NCBI GenBank assembly: GCA_043228905.1
Contig: JBHGNT010000009.1
Span: forward strand, 1,302,001 to 1,366,000
Source of the DNA: Azolla caroliniana
Lineage: Eukaryota > Plantae > Polypodiophyta
Length of the DNA stretch: 64,000 bases
Direction: 5' to 3'
A program made the translations under genes and the position numbers. The number at the start of each line of letters is the position of its first letter. Position 1 is the stretch's first letter. Positions 25,501 to 39,438 of the stretch are shown here, one piece after another. The notes beneath the pieces were generated by a model. That model was not told the origin of the DNA, made no database searches, and was given only the letters and a program-made list of their open reading frames with translations.

Positions 25501-27274
25501 AGCATAGCGGCCAGTTTGGACCTGGAGATCGAACAGTTGGATGTCAAAATCGCATTTCTGCACGGGGAGCTAGAAGAAGAAATTTACATGCAGCAACCCG
25601 AAGGCTTTGAGGAGAAAGGGAAAGAGAATCTAGTGTGTTGACTGAGGAAAAGCTTGTACGGTTTGAAACAAGCTCCACGCCAATGGTACAAGAAATTCGA
25701 GTCCTTCATGATGGAATATTGGTTCCAGAAAACATAGGCTGATCATTGTGTGTTCTTAAAAAGGTACGAGGAAGGAGATTTCTTGATTCTCTTGCTATAT
25801 GTTGATGATATGTTGATAGTCGGCCAAGATGCAAGGAAGATTGGAAGCTTGAAGAAAGCTCTCAGCAAATCATTTGCCATGAAAGACCTTGGACCGGCAA
25901 AGCAAATCCTAAGAATGCACATAACCCGAGACAAAGCTCGGAAGGTGCTATGGTTGTCACAATAGAATTATGTGACGAAGTTCCTAGAGAGGTTCAACAT
26001 GTCGAACGCAAAGCCGGTCGGCTCAGTGTTGCCAACAAATTGCAGATTGAATTTGAAGCAGTGTCCGAAAGGGTAGAAGGAAAAGGCTAAGATGAAGAAG
26101 GTACCATATGCCTCGGCCGTTGGCAGTCTAATGTATGCTATGGTCTGTACAAGACCGAACATAGCATTTGTTGTGGGATCAGTAAGCCGATATATGAGTA
26201 ATCCAGGGAGAGAACACTGGGCAATAGTGAAGTGGATACTCAAGTACCTGAAAGGCACCTCGGAGGTGTGCCTAAGGTATGATGTCGGAAAACTTGTGCC
26301 GGAAGGTTTTACCAATTTGGACATGTCAGGAGATGTCGACTCGAGCCGATCCACGTCAGGGTATGTGATGACCTATGCAAGGGATCAGTGTCGTGGTAGT
26401 CACGACTGCAGAAATCTGCAGCCTTGTCGACTACATAGGCAGAGTATATGGCAGCGGTAGAGGCCGGAAAAGACCTGATCTGGATGAGAAATTTTCTCAC
26501 CGAATTAGGCATGAAGCAAAAGGAGTTCGTGCTTCATTGTGATAGCCAAAGTCCCATACATCTAGCCAAGAACGCGGCATACCACTCTCGGACCAAGCAC
26601 ATACAGAGAAGGTATCACTGGTTACAGGAGAGAGTCGAAGAAGGAGAGTTTTCTCTCGAAAAGATCCATACTGATGACAATGGAGCCGACATGCTGACGA
26701 AGAACCTACCTATGGACAGACTCAGAGTCTTTTGACAAAATACAGGACTGACAGATTTCCTCCCACAAGAGTGAAGGGGGAGTTTGTTGGGAATATGTCC
26801 CTCCAGTGGGAGGATGATTCGACTGTTCGGAAAGCCGACAATCGAAGAGTCGGAAAACAGGAGCCGGCCGAGGCTGAAACCGGAATCGAGTAAATAGCCA
26901 ACTTGAGAGACTATACTTGTAAATAGTCTAAGTGTGCGCCCCATGAGGGCTACGTATGTAAATAACCAGAAAGTTGCGTAAGTATATATGCAACTAGGGC
27001 AAACTTTTAGGTAACACAGTGTGTAAGAACAGAGGTAGTAGAAACAGAGAGAGAGCGTGAGAGAGAGAAGTGTGAGCCGCGCCATAGCTGTGTGAGAAAC
27101 ATCAAACGTGAAGAGCCCTGTACGGTTGATACACTCGACAAAGTGTTGTATTCCTCTCGCTGTTGTATATTCACTTTGTATAGTAAAGTTCAGTTCCCGT
27201 GGTTTTCCCCGTTTTAGGGTTTCCACGTAAATCTCTGTGTACATCTGTTTATCTTGACTTTCTGGCCCTTCTTG
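22535..27274 (+). mobile_element. Decayed Ty1/copia element (LTRs 22535-23079 and 26785-27274, the latter truncated)
   Basis: iMet PBS 23083-23094 and PPT GAGTGAAGGGGGAG. Gag, IWHKRLGH, RT LLLYVDDMLI and RNase H HCDSQS/ADMLTK motifs, with many stops and deletions. Confidence 0.93.
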
Positions 27275-27754
27275 TTATATAAAAAATATAACTTTATTTA
27301 AAGATATTTTGTGATTAGTCAAAATGATTTGATCTATCTCAAAACTCATGGGTCCAAGACCTAACTTGGAAAAACCAATCCTTATGATGACATAATCGGG
27401 GAACCAAATGTGAACAACGCGAGGCGGTAGATGGAGGCATCATAGATGATGGGTGTTGTCTTGATGGCCAACGGCTTGGGGGAGTCAATAATAATAGGGA
27501 GTGTTCTAAAGCTCTGAATTCTTTGATTTCTAATGAAGGTGAAGAAGGTGATGTTGTAGGATAATAAGGAGGAACAAAGTATCTCAAGATGGCGAAACAA
27601 TTCAAGATGCAGACTATCAAAAAGATCTAGATGAGTGTCAAGTAGTTATGAAGTTGGTGACATCAAAATTAGAGCCTTAAGACATATCTATTCACAAGGA
27701 AAAGGATCTACATTATCTTGGTTTGGTTTTGATTTGTAAAAGAATACGTGCGGA

Positions 27755-27824
27755 AGTGTATGTGGAGGAAACAAAGTACACAGTTGGTTATTTGGAAGTA
27801 TAACAATTAGGTAAACACAAAGTA

Positions 27825-27855
<31 letters not shown>

Positions 27856-29434
27856 CTGAGTAGCCCAGACACAACTATATCAAAAAATAAAATTCTCAAT
27901 ACATACAATGTGATCAGTTAGCACTATTTATACAAGTCCTTAATACATACTAGGGAAGTTTATTTTGATTCTCAACACGCCCCCTCAAACACAACTTTTG
28001 ATCATTGGATAGTTGGTTTAGATTGGTCTTCGGATCGGCTTCGATTATTAGCTCCGGCTTCGGTTGTGAGTAACTGGTTCAATCCTATGTTTGTTCTACC
28101 CCGTTCGACTTCATGTCAAACGGCTCCTTATCCATACTCCCCCTCAAGCTCGGCCAGTTAGCAATAGAAAGACCTAGGTTTGTTGTGAATTACCGCAACT
28201 TGTCGGCTCCCAAGGCCTTCGTGAAGATGTTGACCATCTGTAGGTGCATGCTGATGTGTTGTAGGTCGACATCTCCGGCCAAGAAATGCTCTCGGATGAA
28301 CTGAGTGTGAAAGACAGGGTTCTGAGCCAGATGAATACTGCTCATGTTGTCGCAATAAAGGAGAATTTGATCCATGATAGGAACGCCCATATCCTTTAAG
28401 ATTCTTTTGAGCCAAATGGCTTTGCATGCGGTGGCGGTCATGCCCCTATATTTGGCTTCTGTGCTTGATAGTGCGACTGTCGGTTGCTTCTTGCTACTCC
28501 AAGATATGGCTCTGTTGCCGAGGGAGAAGACAAAGCCCGATGTGGATCGTTTGTCAGCATCGGTGTACCGTTTGAGTCAAATCGGTGTGGCCGATTTGTA
28601 GAGGACACTGTAATCGATGGTTCTACACACATAGCGTAACACTCGCTTAGCAAAGTCCAGGTGAATGTTTCGTGGTGTCTACATAAACTGGCTAAGGAGG
28701 TCGACCGAGTAACTGAGGTCAGGTCGAGTAATGGTGAGGTAGATTAGGCTTCAGACTAGCTGACGATAGAAAGTCGGCTCACACTCTTCTGTGCCAGACT
28801 CGACATCTAGCTTTAGGTTTTGATTGAGAGGGGTGGCGACGACCTTACACTATGTTATCCCAAACTTGAATAAAAGATTAAGGATATAGTGATGTTGGGA
28901 GATCATGATAATGTCAAGAGTCTGAATTATTTCTATACCTAGAAAGTAATGTAGCTCCTTCATGTCTTTCATTTCGAATCGTTCGGAGAGAACCTTTTTT
29001 ATATGAACGATATCTACTAAATGTTTTCCTCCAAAAGTCATCCACATATATTATGATAAATACCTGTCCTCTGGAATTGCTCCGGATGAACAGAGAAATG
29101 TCGGATTGAGACATTTCGAAGTCGATTTGGTGAAGATATTGGGTTATCTTCGAATTCCATGCTCTAGGTGCCTACTTGAGGCCGTAGAGAGGCTCTTTGA
29201 GTTGGCATATCGCTTGCAGGTGTGTGCTCGACTTAAAACCGGGTGGTTGTACCATGTGTACCTCCTCTTCTAATTCGCCTTAATGAAAGGCGTTCTTGAC
29301 GTCCATTTGGTGGAGGTGCCACCCTTTGACTACTGCAAGTGTGATCATAGTTTGAATGGTAGTCATCTTTGCCAGCAAAGGTCTCTTCATAATTGACATC
29401 GTGTGTCTGTGCATAGCCTTTTGCCACAAGCCAA
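27755..29434 (-). mobile_element. 3' part of a Ty1/copia element (RT, RNase H, PPT, LTR ~27755-27977)
   Basis: Minus-strand fragments [32 protein letters not shown] and NIFTKAL. PPT complement CGCCCCCTCAA lies next to ...CTCAACA. Interrupted at 29434. Confidence 0.85.
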
Positions 29435-32400
29435 TGTCACGGGTTTTCGTGTGTGTGTGTCAGAAACGGGGCGGGACCACCGGGTCTTGGACCAAGGAGC
29501 CGGTAATGGAGGAGAGATTATCCAGATCGGTTTCCGGATCGGTATCCGGTGGTATCAGGATTGGTTTACGGACTAGTCTCTGGATGCCGGCTAACGAGCG
29601 TGCGGATTGAGAAGTGTACACGATTTCAGGACTACAACCGGATAACGGGAGATGAACACACGGGCTCAGGGTCCCAACTAAGCATGCAACAAGAGGGAAC
29701 AAAGGTAAGAGCATAATAGGGACAGAGAACGACACCCAACGACACAAGGTGATCTGGATAGCAAAAAGATGATCTATTAATTAGGAATAATAGAAATACA
29801 ACTGGACTCGGCCGACGACAGAGCTTTGAGCTCTCCACACTCACACACACTGATGCCAACAAGCCTCCAATCGGGAGCACACGGGCTACCAACGCGAAAC
29901 GGAGGCCTCACAGCACAATGACCGAAACAGAAAACAGAAAACAGAGGATGGAGAAAATGGATAACTAAAGAGCTAGGTTTGGCAACACTTCACTCTGTAG
30001 AATGTTGATCCCTCAATAGTTCAACACCTCCCTTTTATAGCTCAAGGGGAGGCCGTTACATCGTGGATTATGACAGCCATTTCTTTCATCGGTTATTCCT
30101 CGATTCTCTCTCCCCTCATATCCTAATATTTGTGTGCGACATAAAGTACCCATTAACTACCCTACTTAGTACTTATGCTATTTACAATTGTTGGTACATA
30201 AAAATAAGTTTCGTGTGCATCCATGCACACCCAATTTCACGTTGTCACGGTATTCTGTGAGTACGTGTAAGATCTTAGGCGGGACCGCGGAGGTTTTGGA
30301 CTAGGGAATAGAAGGGGAATGGAAGCTTAGCTCGAGAGGAGAGGAGAAAGATTAGGACATAAACATAGAATGGATGGAACAAGAAGATAGATGGAGGCAA
30401 GATACACAACAAGTTATATTAAGACTCCGTGAACGATTACAACCATGGCCACATACGCCGCACCAAAACAACGACAAGAAAACCCTAACCGGATAAGAAG
30501 ATGATGAAGAAGAAACCCTAAACCCGAAATGGTATGAAGAAGAATAGTAAAACCCTAGACGAAACCCTAAAACCGAAATAGACGACCTAAGTGGTATACC
30601 TCTCACACTCAAAATAGGCAACCCCCTTCACAAGAGACCCCTCGCTTCCTTGTATAGCCCAAGGAGGGAGGGACGTTACAATGTGGAATAAATTCGTCCG
30701 AGACCCCTATGGTCCCGCCCCTTCTACACGCACGCGCGTAATAACACGACACCGTGCGTCGATGTCATCCTCCGAATACGCTGTCGTGAAGTTTCCAGCA
30801 CATAGTGAGAAACCGGGACATATTGGAGGGATCTATGAGGTGCAACGTGTGCACCCATCCTTGTAAATTTGTATAGGGAATAGGGGCGCCTTTATGGCGC
30901 CGAACGACAATTATTACGGGACAGAGAATCCCATGTATCGTGGGTTTATCTCACATTCCACGGGACCCTGACCTTGTTCTATAAAAGGGAGGGCACGGCC
31001 TTTGTATAGGGGTTTCCAGTTTTTCGCTTGGGTTCCAATTTTACTCTTTCTCTCTTCAGGCTCTATCTTGATTTGTATGCTTTAGGGTTCACAGAGCTCC
31101 CCTCTACGGGTTCCATTGTTGTTCCTATGTAATATAACACAACAGTTTTTGTTCTACTTCTGTGTCTTCTTCCTTTCGTCTTGTTCTCTTTTCTCTGTTT
31201 CTGTTAGGGTTTTTGTGTGCCCTTTTTGAAGGTCGTCCTTTCTGTTGAAGATGTGAGTTCGTGCGCGTTTGTGTGTGTGTGCAGGTGTTAAGGTGTCTTC
31301 GTTGTCGTTCGTGGTGAACTATGCACTCGGTTGTCTGGTAGGAAGCTCCCTCTTCTCTGACGTGCAAGACCCACAGGAGACGGTGAGCTGAACACTCCTG
31401 GTAGGCGGTTCGGCAACAAGAGGTGGTCGTTCAAGAAAAGGGGGTGTGCCCTACACGAGGATCCCATCGCACGTCTGAGCCCGGGTGATCCCCGACCAGT
31501 CCCGGGATGCAGGCTCCCTCTTTCCCTCTCTGTGCGGAACCGGCGTCGTGTGCGTGAGGCTGAGTTCTAACCGGTGCCAAAGAGCCGATTAAAACCAGGC
31601 GTATATGTGTGCGTGCGTGCACGCGGGCGCGGTTAACCGGGAGAGGGTGTGGAGCGAGCCACCCTCTCGACATGCGGGGCGAGACGACCTAGGATAAGGG
31701 TCGGAGTCTAAACGGAGGCCCAAGGAGGATCCTTCTCACCGGATCTAGAGACTTTGGCGGTCGGCATCAGATCCGATGTAAGACTAAGAGACTAACGGTG
31801 GCGGCGAGGGGTCGAGGGCGAAAGGTAGGGATAGGCTAGTCCTATGGGTCACCTCACACCGGATCTAGAGACTTCGACGGTCGGCATCAGATCCGACGTA
31901 AGACCAAGATACTGACGGTGGCGGCAGGGGAGCGGGACCCGGCAATCCAGAGAATGACGGGCGGACTCGGGCGAGAACCGGGGGGAGCAGACTTCCGTAT
32001 ACCCGGTCCGGAAGGGAGGAAGAGAGCAGGCCTACGAAGAGGCCGGGAACACGGTACGTCGGTACCACGGGAGAGGGTGTGGAGCGAGCCACCCTCTCGA
32101 CATGCGGAGAGAGACGACCCGGGATAAGGGTCGGAGTCTAAACGGAGGCCCAAGGAGGATTCTTCACACCAGATCTAGAGACTTCGAGAGACTGACGGTG
32201 GCGGCGAGGGGACGAGGGCGGAAGGCAGGGATAGGCCGGTCCTATGGGTCACCTCACACCGAATCTAGAGAGTTCGGCGGTCGGCATCGGATCCGACGTA
32301 AGACCAAGATAGTGACGGTGGCGGCAGGAAACGGAACCTGGCTACACGGAAGACACGAGGAGAGTCGAGATGAACTCAAACAAAAGACACCCCGAATTTC

Positions 32401-34108
32401 GGCAAGCAGGGAAACAAAGTCCGATCCTATGGGATCCTCACGCCGATCCGGAAACTCCAGTTGTTCGGCCAATGTGGCAACGTGAGACCGAGAGAGAAAG
32501 TCGGTGGCGGTAGGGAACTGGACTAGGCAACACGAAGTAGCGGATCGGGAGTTGTCTAATTGTGAAACCCTTACCGACCGGTTACGGGTTCCGAGAGGGC
32601 CGGCAAGGCACACTCAAGGCGGAACAAGAGTCGTGCAAGTGGCCATGGTGGGCCAAATCGGAGAATGACTAAGAGACGGCACATGGAGGTGATGGGAATG
32701 CGGTAACGGGTGCGCGACGGACTGCAAGGGTCGGAGACCGGAAATGATATACGGGCTGGAGAAGGATCCTCTACACCCGCTTCAGAGATCTCGGCGGTTC
32801 AGTCAGAGTGGCGACGACTGGCGTGGCAAGCCAAGCCCAAGATGCCAAGCCGGTGGGAGTGAGGGGACAATGGCAAGCAGAAGCCTCCGGACCGGTTGCA
32901 GCAGCGCAAGACGAAAGGAGGGCCAAGTAGGCTACTGTGGGTGCTCCTCGGACGCAGAGGACACCAATAAGTGGAGAAAGAAGAGTGGTGGTGCCGGGAC
33001 CTTACACACACCAATTCTAGAGACTCCGGCATCCGGCCTGAGAGCTGGTGTGAGACCTAGAGTGACGGACGGTGGTGGTGGCAAGGAAGGCAACCGGAAT
33101 GACGCGACGATGGATTGAGCCCAAGCGGGCCACTGCAGGTGCTCCTCAAGCGGAGGACACCGGACTTACGGCGGAGAGTGGAGAGGAGAGCGTGCATTCG
33201 GCCGAAGGAAGGGCCGACAATGAAGCACGTGTATTACGAACGAACTATCGACGGGTCGAACGAGCCTACGAGAAGGCAAGCGGGAGGAAGAACCGGAGCC
33301 GACGGTTCAAACCCGGCAGCAATCAATGTGGCAAGCCGGTATGCGGACGCGAAAGACCGGTTTCTCACCAGCCGGAATCCTTCTCCCTTCTCCGGAATTG
33401 GCACATACCGGTGGACGTGCGGTTTGGTGGGGGCGGATGTCGTGAAGTTTCCGGCACATAGTGAGAAACCGGGAGATATTGGAGGGATCAGCGAGGTGCA
33501 ACGTGTGCACCCATCCTTGTAAATTTGTATAGGGAATAGGGGCGCCTTTATGGCGCGGAACGACAATAATTATGGGACAGAGAATCCCATGTATCATGGG
33601 TTTATCTCACATTGCATGGGACCCTCACCTTGTTCTATAAAAGGGAGGGCGCGCCCTTTGTATAGGGGTTCCCAATTTTTCTCTTGGGTTCCAATTTTAC
33701 TCTTTCTCTCTTTAGGCTCTGTCTTGATTTGTATGCTTTAGGGTTCACAGAGTTCCCCTCTACGGGTTCCATTGTAGTTCCTATGTAATATAACACAACA
33801 ATTTCTGTTCTACTTCTGTGTCTTCTTCCTTTCTTCTTGTTCTCTTTTCTCTGTTTTTGTTAGGGTTTCTGTGTGCCCTTTTTGAAGGTCTTTTGTTTTG
33901 TTGAAGATGTGAGTTTGTGCGCGTCTGTGTGTGTGTGCAGGTGTTAAGGTGTCTTCATTGTCGTTCGTGGTGAACTGCGCACTCGGTTGTCTGGTAGCAA
34001 GCTCCCTCTTCTCTGGCGTGCAAGACCCACAGGAGACGGCAAGCTGAACACTCCTGGTAGGCGGTTCGGCAGCAAGAGGTGGTCGTTCAAGAAAGGGGGC
34101 GTGCCCTG

Positions 34109-37100
34109 TAATATGATCTCGGTCCCTCTGGATGGGATACGAAGGCCCGAATGTGGAGTACTCGGTAACGGAAGACCTGGTGAGAATCCGATTTGGAGTA
34201 CCCGGCAAGGAAGACCTGGTGAGAACCGGATGACGAATACCCGGATAGGAAAACTCGGTGAGAACTGGATGAGGAGTACCCGACAAGGAAGACCCAGTGA
34301 GAACCGGATGTTGCACGCCCGATGAGAACCTCTCATCGGATGGAAGGGACATATATGTAAATATGTTCTAAAGAGCCCACTTGGGTTATATTTGTAAATA
34401 GCCCGAAAGTCATATTAGTATAAATATGACCTAGTGCAAACTTAATAGTTATGATGATAGAGTTACTGGTGTAACTTCTGTATAGTGCGTAAGAGTGAGA
34501 GAGAGAGCGGTATACAGAGATCGTGTCTCTATTGTAACCGCCGCTAGGCGAAGATTGTGAGCAAGAGGTTGTTGCCTCTGTGCTCCCTGTTGTATTTATT
34601 TTTGACATAGTGATAGTTTGGAGTTTGTGGACTCCCGTGGTTTTTCCCTCTCAGGGTTTTCCACGTTAACATCCTGTGTATTCTCTTTCTGTTTTGCATA
34701 CTTACCCCCATTCCCATTTCTTCTATGTTTGATCGTCATCAAGTGATCTACCCTTCAATTGTGGCTGGAGATTATTCTGCATATTTCACGACAAATTTGG
34801 TGTTAGAGCGAAACGACACAGAAAAATGGATGATTCGTTACGAGGCATGTTCAAGCTCACCGGCTCCAACTACTCAGTGTGGAAGTCGAAGATGAGGGAC
34901 ATGCTCATGGTTAAAGATCTTTGGTTGCCGGTTAAGTTCGGGGACAAGAGACCGGACAAAATCGACGCCATGATATGGGAGGTGATGCACATGAAGATGA
35001 CGGCGTACATACGTTGCTTCATCGACATGAGCCTATACAACAACTTCAATGAAGAGAGCAAGGCTCATGAGCTCTGGGAGAAGATCAACATTATGTTTTA
35101 GAACAAAAATGTTGTTAATCAGGTTTCGGTATTTCGGAAGCTAGTAAGTCTCCGGTACCAAGATGGCTCCAGCATGGCGGAGCACATGAATGCCTTCCAG
35201 GGGCTGATACACCTGGCAACATCATTGGAAGTACCTCTCGCCAATGAGGTACTAGCACTGCTCCTGCTCGATTCCCTCCCAAATAGTTGGGAGACGTTGG
35301 TTGTTACTTTGGGCAACGTCGGGCCGGAAGGGAAAGGTTTATGCCTAGCAAGAGTGAAGTCGATCTTGCTAGATGAGGAGGCGTGTCGGAAAGACAAGGA
35401 TACGAGCTCCGACTCCAAAGCGCTCCTTACCGAATCGGAACGCGAAAGACAAAGGAACCGTAGTCCCTAGAACCAGGAAAAGTCGGGGACACGATCAAAG
35501 TCAAGGGGGAGGCCCACTTGCTTCTATTGCGGCAAGTCGGGACACTTCCAGACGAATTGTCGGCACTTCGGAAAAGTCCCATGCCGGAGTGCAGTACTTC
35601 GTGACGTTCATAGATGACCACAACAGGAGGCTGTGGGCCACACCGTTGAAGACGAAGGATCAGGTGTTATCCGTCTTCAATGAGCTCCACGCAAGAGTGG
35701 AAAGAGAAACCGGACGGAAGCTGAAGGCAGTTCGAGCAGATAACGGAGGGGAATACCGGGGGTAGTTCGAGGAGTACTGCCGCTCAAAGGGAATCCGACT
35801 CGAATTTACCGTGCCGAAGACGTCAGAACTAAACAGGCTAGCCGAGAGGATGAACCAGACCATATAGGAGAGGGTCCCCAACAATGGTACCAGAAGTTCG
35901 ATTCCTTCATGACTGATCAAGGGTACCACAAGACACAGGCCGATCACTGCATATTTGTGAAGAAATTCGAAGGTGGAGACTTCTTGATACTCCTCTTATA
36001 CATGGACGACATGTTGATCGTCGGACGAGACCAAGTTAAGATACGGATGCTGAAGAAGGCCCTGAACTAGACCTTCTCAATGAAAGACTTGGGGATGCAT
36101 ATCATCTGGGACCGGCCAACGAAGCAATTGTGGCTGTCACAAGAGAAGTACGTGACAAAGTTGCTTCAGTGGTTCAACATGTCAGATGCGAAACCGGTCG
36201 GATTGTTGGGAGACAGGTCCCTCCGGATGGGAAGGTAGAAGAACAGTGCTGACGAGTACCTGGCTACGGAGAGTCGGATGGTGAAGACCCGGTGAGAACC
36301 GGATGAGGAGTACCCGGCTACGGAGAGCCGGATGGTGCAGACCCAGTGAGAACCGGATGACGAGTGCCCGGCAAGATCCGGATGATGCAGGCCCGGAGAG
36401 GAGCGCTCTCCGGATGAAGAGACATATTCGTAAATATGTTTCTGAGAGTCCATCGCGGCTATATTTGTAAATAGCCGAAAAGTCATATTAGTATAAATAT
36501 GACTTAGGGCAAACTTTTGACAGAGTGGTTGTCATTCTTGTTGGTGCAAGAAGACAAAGCGCGTAACTGTGTACAGAGAGAGAAAGAGAGAGGAAGAGGC
36601 CGTTGCCTCTGTTGTAACCGCCGCCTGTGGCGAAGATAGAAAGCTCGAGGTTGTTGCCTTGGTGCTTTACTGTTGTACACTGTAACATAGTGATAGTTTG
36701 CAGTCTGTGGGCTGCTGTGGTTTTTCCCTAGTTTGGGTTTTCCACGTAAACATCCTGTGTACTCTCCTCTTCACTGTGTCGTGCATTCATTCCTATTTTT
36801 TTTTTGTGTACGATTCTAAGCTAGGTTGTGGCGGAGCGTTGCGCATATGGGACGTATAGTTCCCGTCACGGATCGACACTTCCAGCAAACTACAGGTTAT
36901 CCGGTAAGCAAAGCCCGAAGACGAAGGTAGAGAAGGCGGATATGATGAAGATACCATATGCCCCTGCCGTCGGGAGCCTAATGTACGCAATGGTGTGCAC
37001 CCGGCCGGATATCGGATATGCAGTCGGGGTGGTGAGCCGGTTTATGAACAATCCCGGCAAGGAGCACTAGAATGCGGTAAAATGGATACTCCAATACTTG

Positions 37101-38345
37101 AAAGGCACCTCAATTATGTGTCTCTGATTCGGCTCCGGTAAACCCCAACTTGACAGTTTCACCGATTTGGATATGTCAGCTGATGCGGATACCAGTCGGT
37201 CAACATTCGGATATGTCATGACATATGCGGGGGGAGCTGTTTCGTGGCAATCGAGGATGCAGAAGACGGTTGCGTTGTCAACCACGGAAGCAGAGTACAT
37301 GGCGGCCGTGGAAGCCGACAAGGAAATACTATGGATAAAGGACTTCATCGAAGAGCTAGGGATCCGACAAGAGGAATACCGGCTCTATTGCGACAGTCAA
37401 AGTGTCATCCACCTTGCGAAGAACACAACGTATCATCCCAAGACGAATCACATCTAGCGGAGGTACCACTGGATTCAGGACCGAGTAGAAGACCGAGAGT
37501 TCGTGCTGACGAAGATCCACACGGAGGAGAACAGGTCGGATATGCTAACCAAGGTGCTGCCGCCCGACAAGCTAGATGCATGCCAGAAGCGGATCGGATT
37601 GACGAAGCATCCCATGCCGGAGTGAAGGGGGAGTTTGTTCGGATCTCGGTCCCTCCAGATGGGATACGAAGGCCCGGAAACGGAAGACCCAGTGAGAACC
37701 AAATGTGGAGTACCCGGGAACGGAAGACCCGGTGAGAACCGGATGTGGAGTACCCGGCAAGGAAGACCCGGTGAGAACCGGATGACGAGTACCCGGAAAG
37801 GAAGACCCGGTGAGAACCAGATGACGAGTACCCAACCAGGAAGACCTAGTGAGAACCGGATGTTGCAGGCCTGGTGAGAACCTCTCATCGGATGGAAGGG
37901 ACATATATGTAAATATCTTCCAGAGAGCCCACTAGGGCTATATTTGTAAATAGCCCGAAAGTCATATTAGTATAAATATGACCTAGGGCAAACTTAATAG
38001 TTATGATGATAGAGTTACTAGTGTAACTTTTGTACAATGCGTAAGAGTGAGAGAGAGAGCGATATACAGAGATCGTGTCTCTATTGTAACCGCCGCTAGG
38101 CGAAGATTGTGAGCAAGAGGTTATTGCCTCTGTGCTCCCTGTTGTATTTATTTTTGACATAGTGATAGTTTGGAGTCTATGAACTCCCGTGGTTTTTCCC
38201 TCTCAGGGTTTTCCATGTTAACATCCTATGTATTCTCTTTCTGTTTTGCATACTTACCCCCATTCCCATTTCTTTTGTGTTTGATCGTCATCAAGTGATC
38301 TACCCTTCGGTTGTGGCCGGAGATTATTCCGCATATTTCACGACA
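34109..38345 (+). mobile_element. Internally deleted Ty1/copia element inserted in the middle LTR of Z, TSD CCCTG
   Basis: LTRs 34109-34793 and 37636-38345 contain 39-bp internal repeats. Degenerate iMet PBS; PPT GAGTGAAGGGGGAG; gag KLTGSNYSVWK; RNase H LYCDSQS. TSD at 34104-34108 and 38346-38350. Confidence 0.92.
36204..36868 (+). mobile_element. Copia-type solo LTR, 5-bp TSD CGGAT
   Basis: TG...CA with CGGAT at 36199-36203 and 36869-36873. Excision restores the RT-region peptide KPVGSTLPAN. Confidence 0.9.
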
Positions 38346-38750
38346 CCCTGCACGAGGATCCCATTGCGCGTCTGAGCCCGGGTGCTCCCCGACAGGTCCC
38401 GGGATGCAGGCTCCCTCTTTCCCTCTGTGTGCGGAACCGGCGTCGTGTGCGTGAGTTTGAGTTCTAACCGGTGCCGAAGAGCCTGTCAAAACCGGGTGTA
38501 TATGTGTACGTGTGTGCACGCGGGCGTGGTTAACCGGGCCGTGACCCGTGCCTGTTTTGGGCCCTTGTACATACAAACTGAAGGGCAGTGAAGATGAGCG
38601 CACGTCTTCTCACTCCACGGACGGTTATCGGTTGCAGCCGAGAAGAAACCGGCAGTGCGGCAAGATCCCAAGGACTCGAGCCTCCGACAATCTCCTCTCT
38701 CCTGGTCCATGACCCCGGTGGTCCCGCCTAGATCCGACATGCAAGCACGG

Positions 38751-39438
38751 TGTCGCGTTGTTACGCGCGTGCGTGTGGAAGGGGCGGGACCACGGGGGTC
38801 TTGGACTAGGGAGAAGAGGAGAAAGGTTAAGACAACGAATGGAAGATTAGCTCATAGCTCAAGAGGAGAAGAGAAGGAATATGACATTATGATAGAAGAA
38901 GATGAAGAAGATGGAGTCAAGATACTCAACAAGAAGTTCGATTAAGAAAACATAAACGCTTTACAATGGTGGCCGCCATGGCCGCACCAAACGACTATAA
39001 GAAAACCCTAAAGGAAAACCCAAGAAGAAAACCCTAACCGAACCCTAACGCTCGACCTATGTGGTATACCTCGCACACTCAAAATAGGCAACCCCCACAA
39101 TGGTGCCTTCTCTCTCCTTTTATAGCACAAGGAGGGAAGACCATTTACAAAAGTGAGACTAAAATATCCCCTTTCATTCAAAGGGGATATTTGCCTTGAT
39201 TTGGGGGAGGGTGAGATTGATGGCCCCTTAACTCCCACCTCCTCACAAACAACTAGGTACCTATGTACCGCATAGTACCTCTCTCTCTCTCTCTCTCGCG
39301 CGTGGATGTGCGTACAACCACATCACCTTTATACCTTTATTACTATTACAAATACATTATGTACGTGTGCAATGTTGCACATCGCTCTTTGGCTCTCGTT
39401 GCTCGGGTTTCCGCTTGTGGACGAAAATCTTCACGATA
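38751..39438 (-). mobile_element. Gypsy solo LTR, 4-bp TSD (ACGG/GCGG)
   Basis: Same termini as 3747-4451. The empty site GCGG is visible in the duplicate copy at 752-755. Confidence 0.88.
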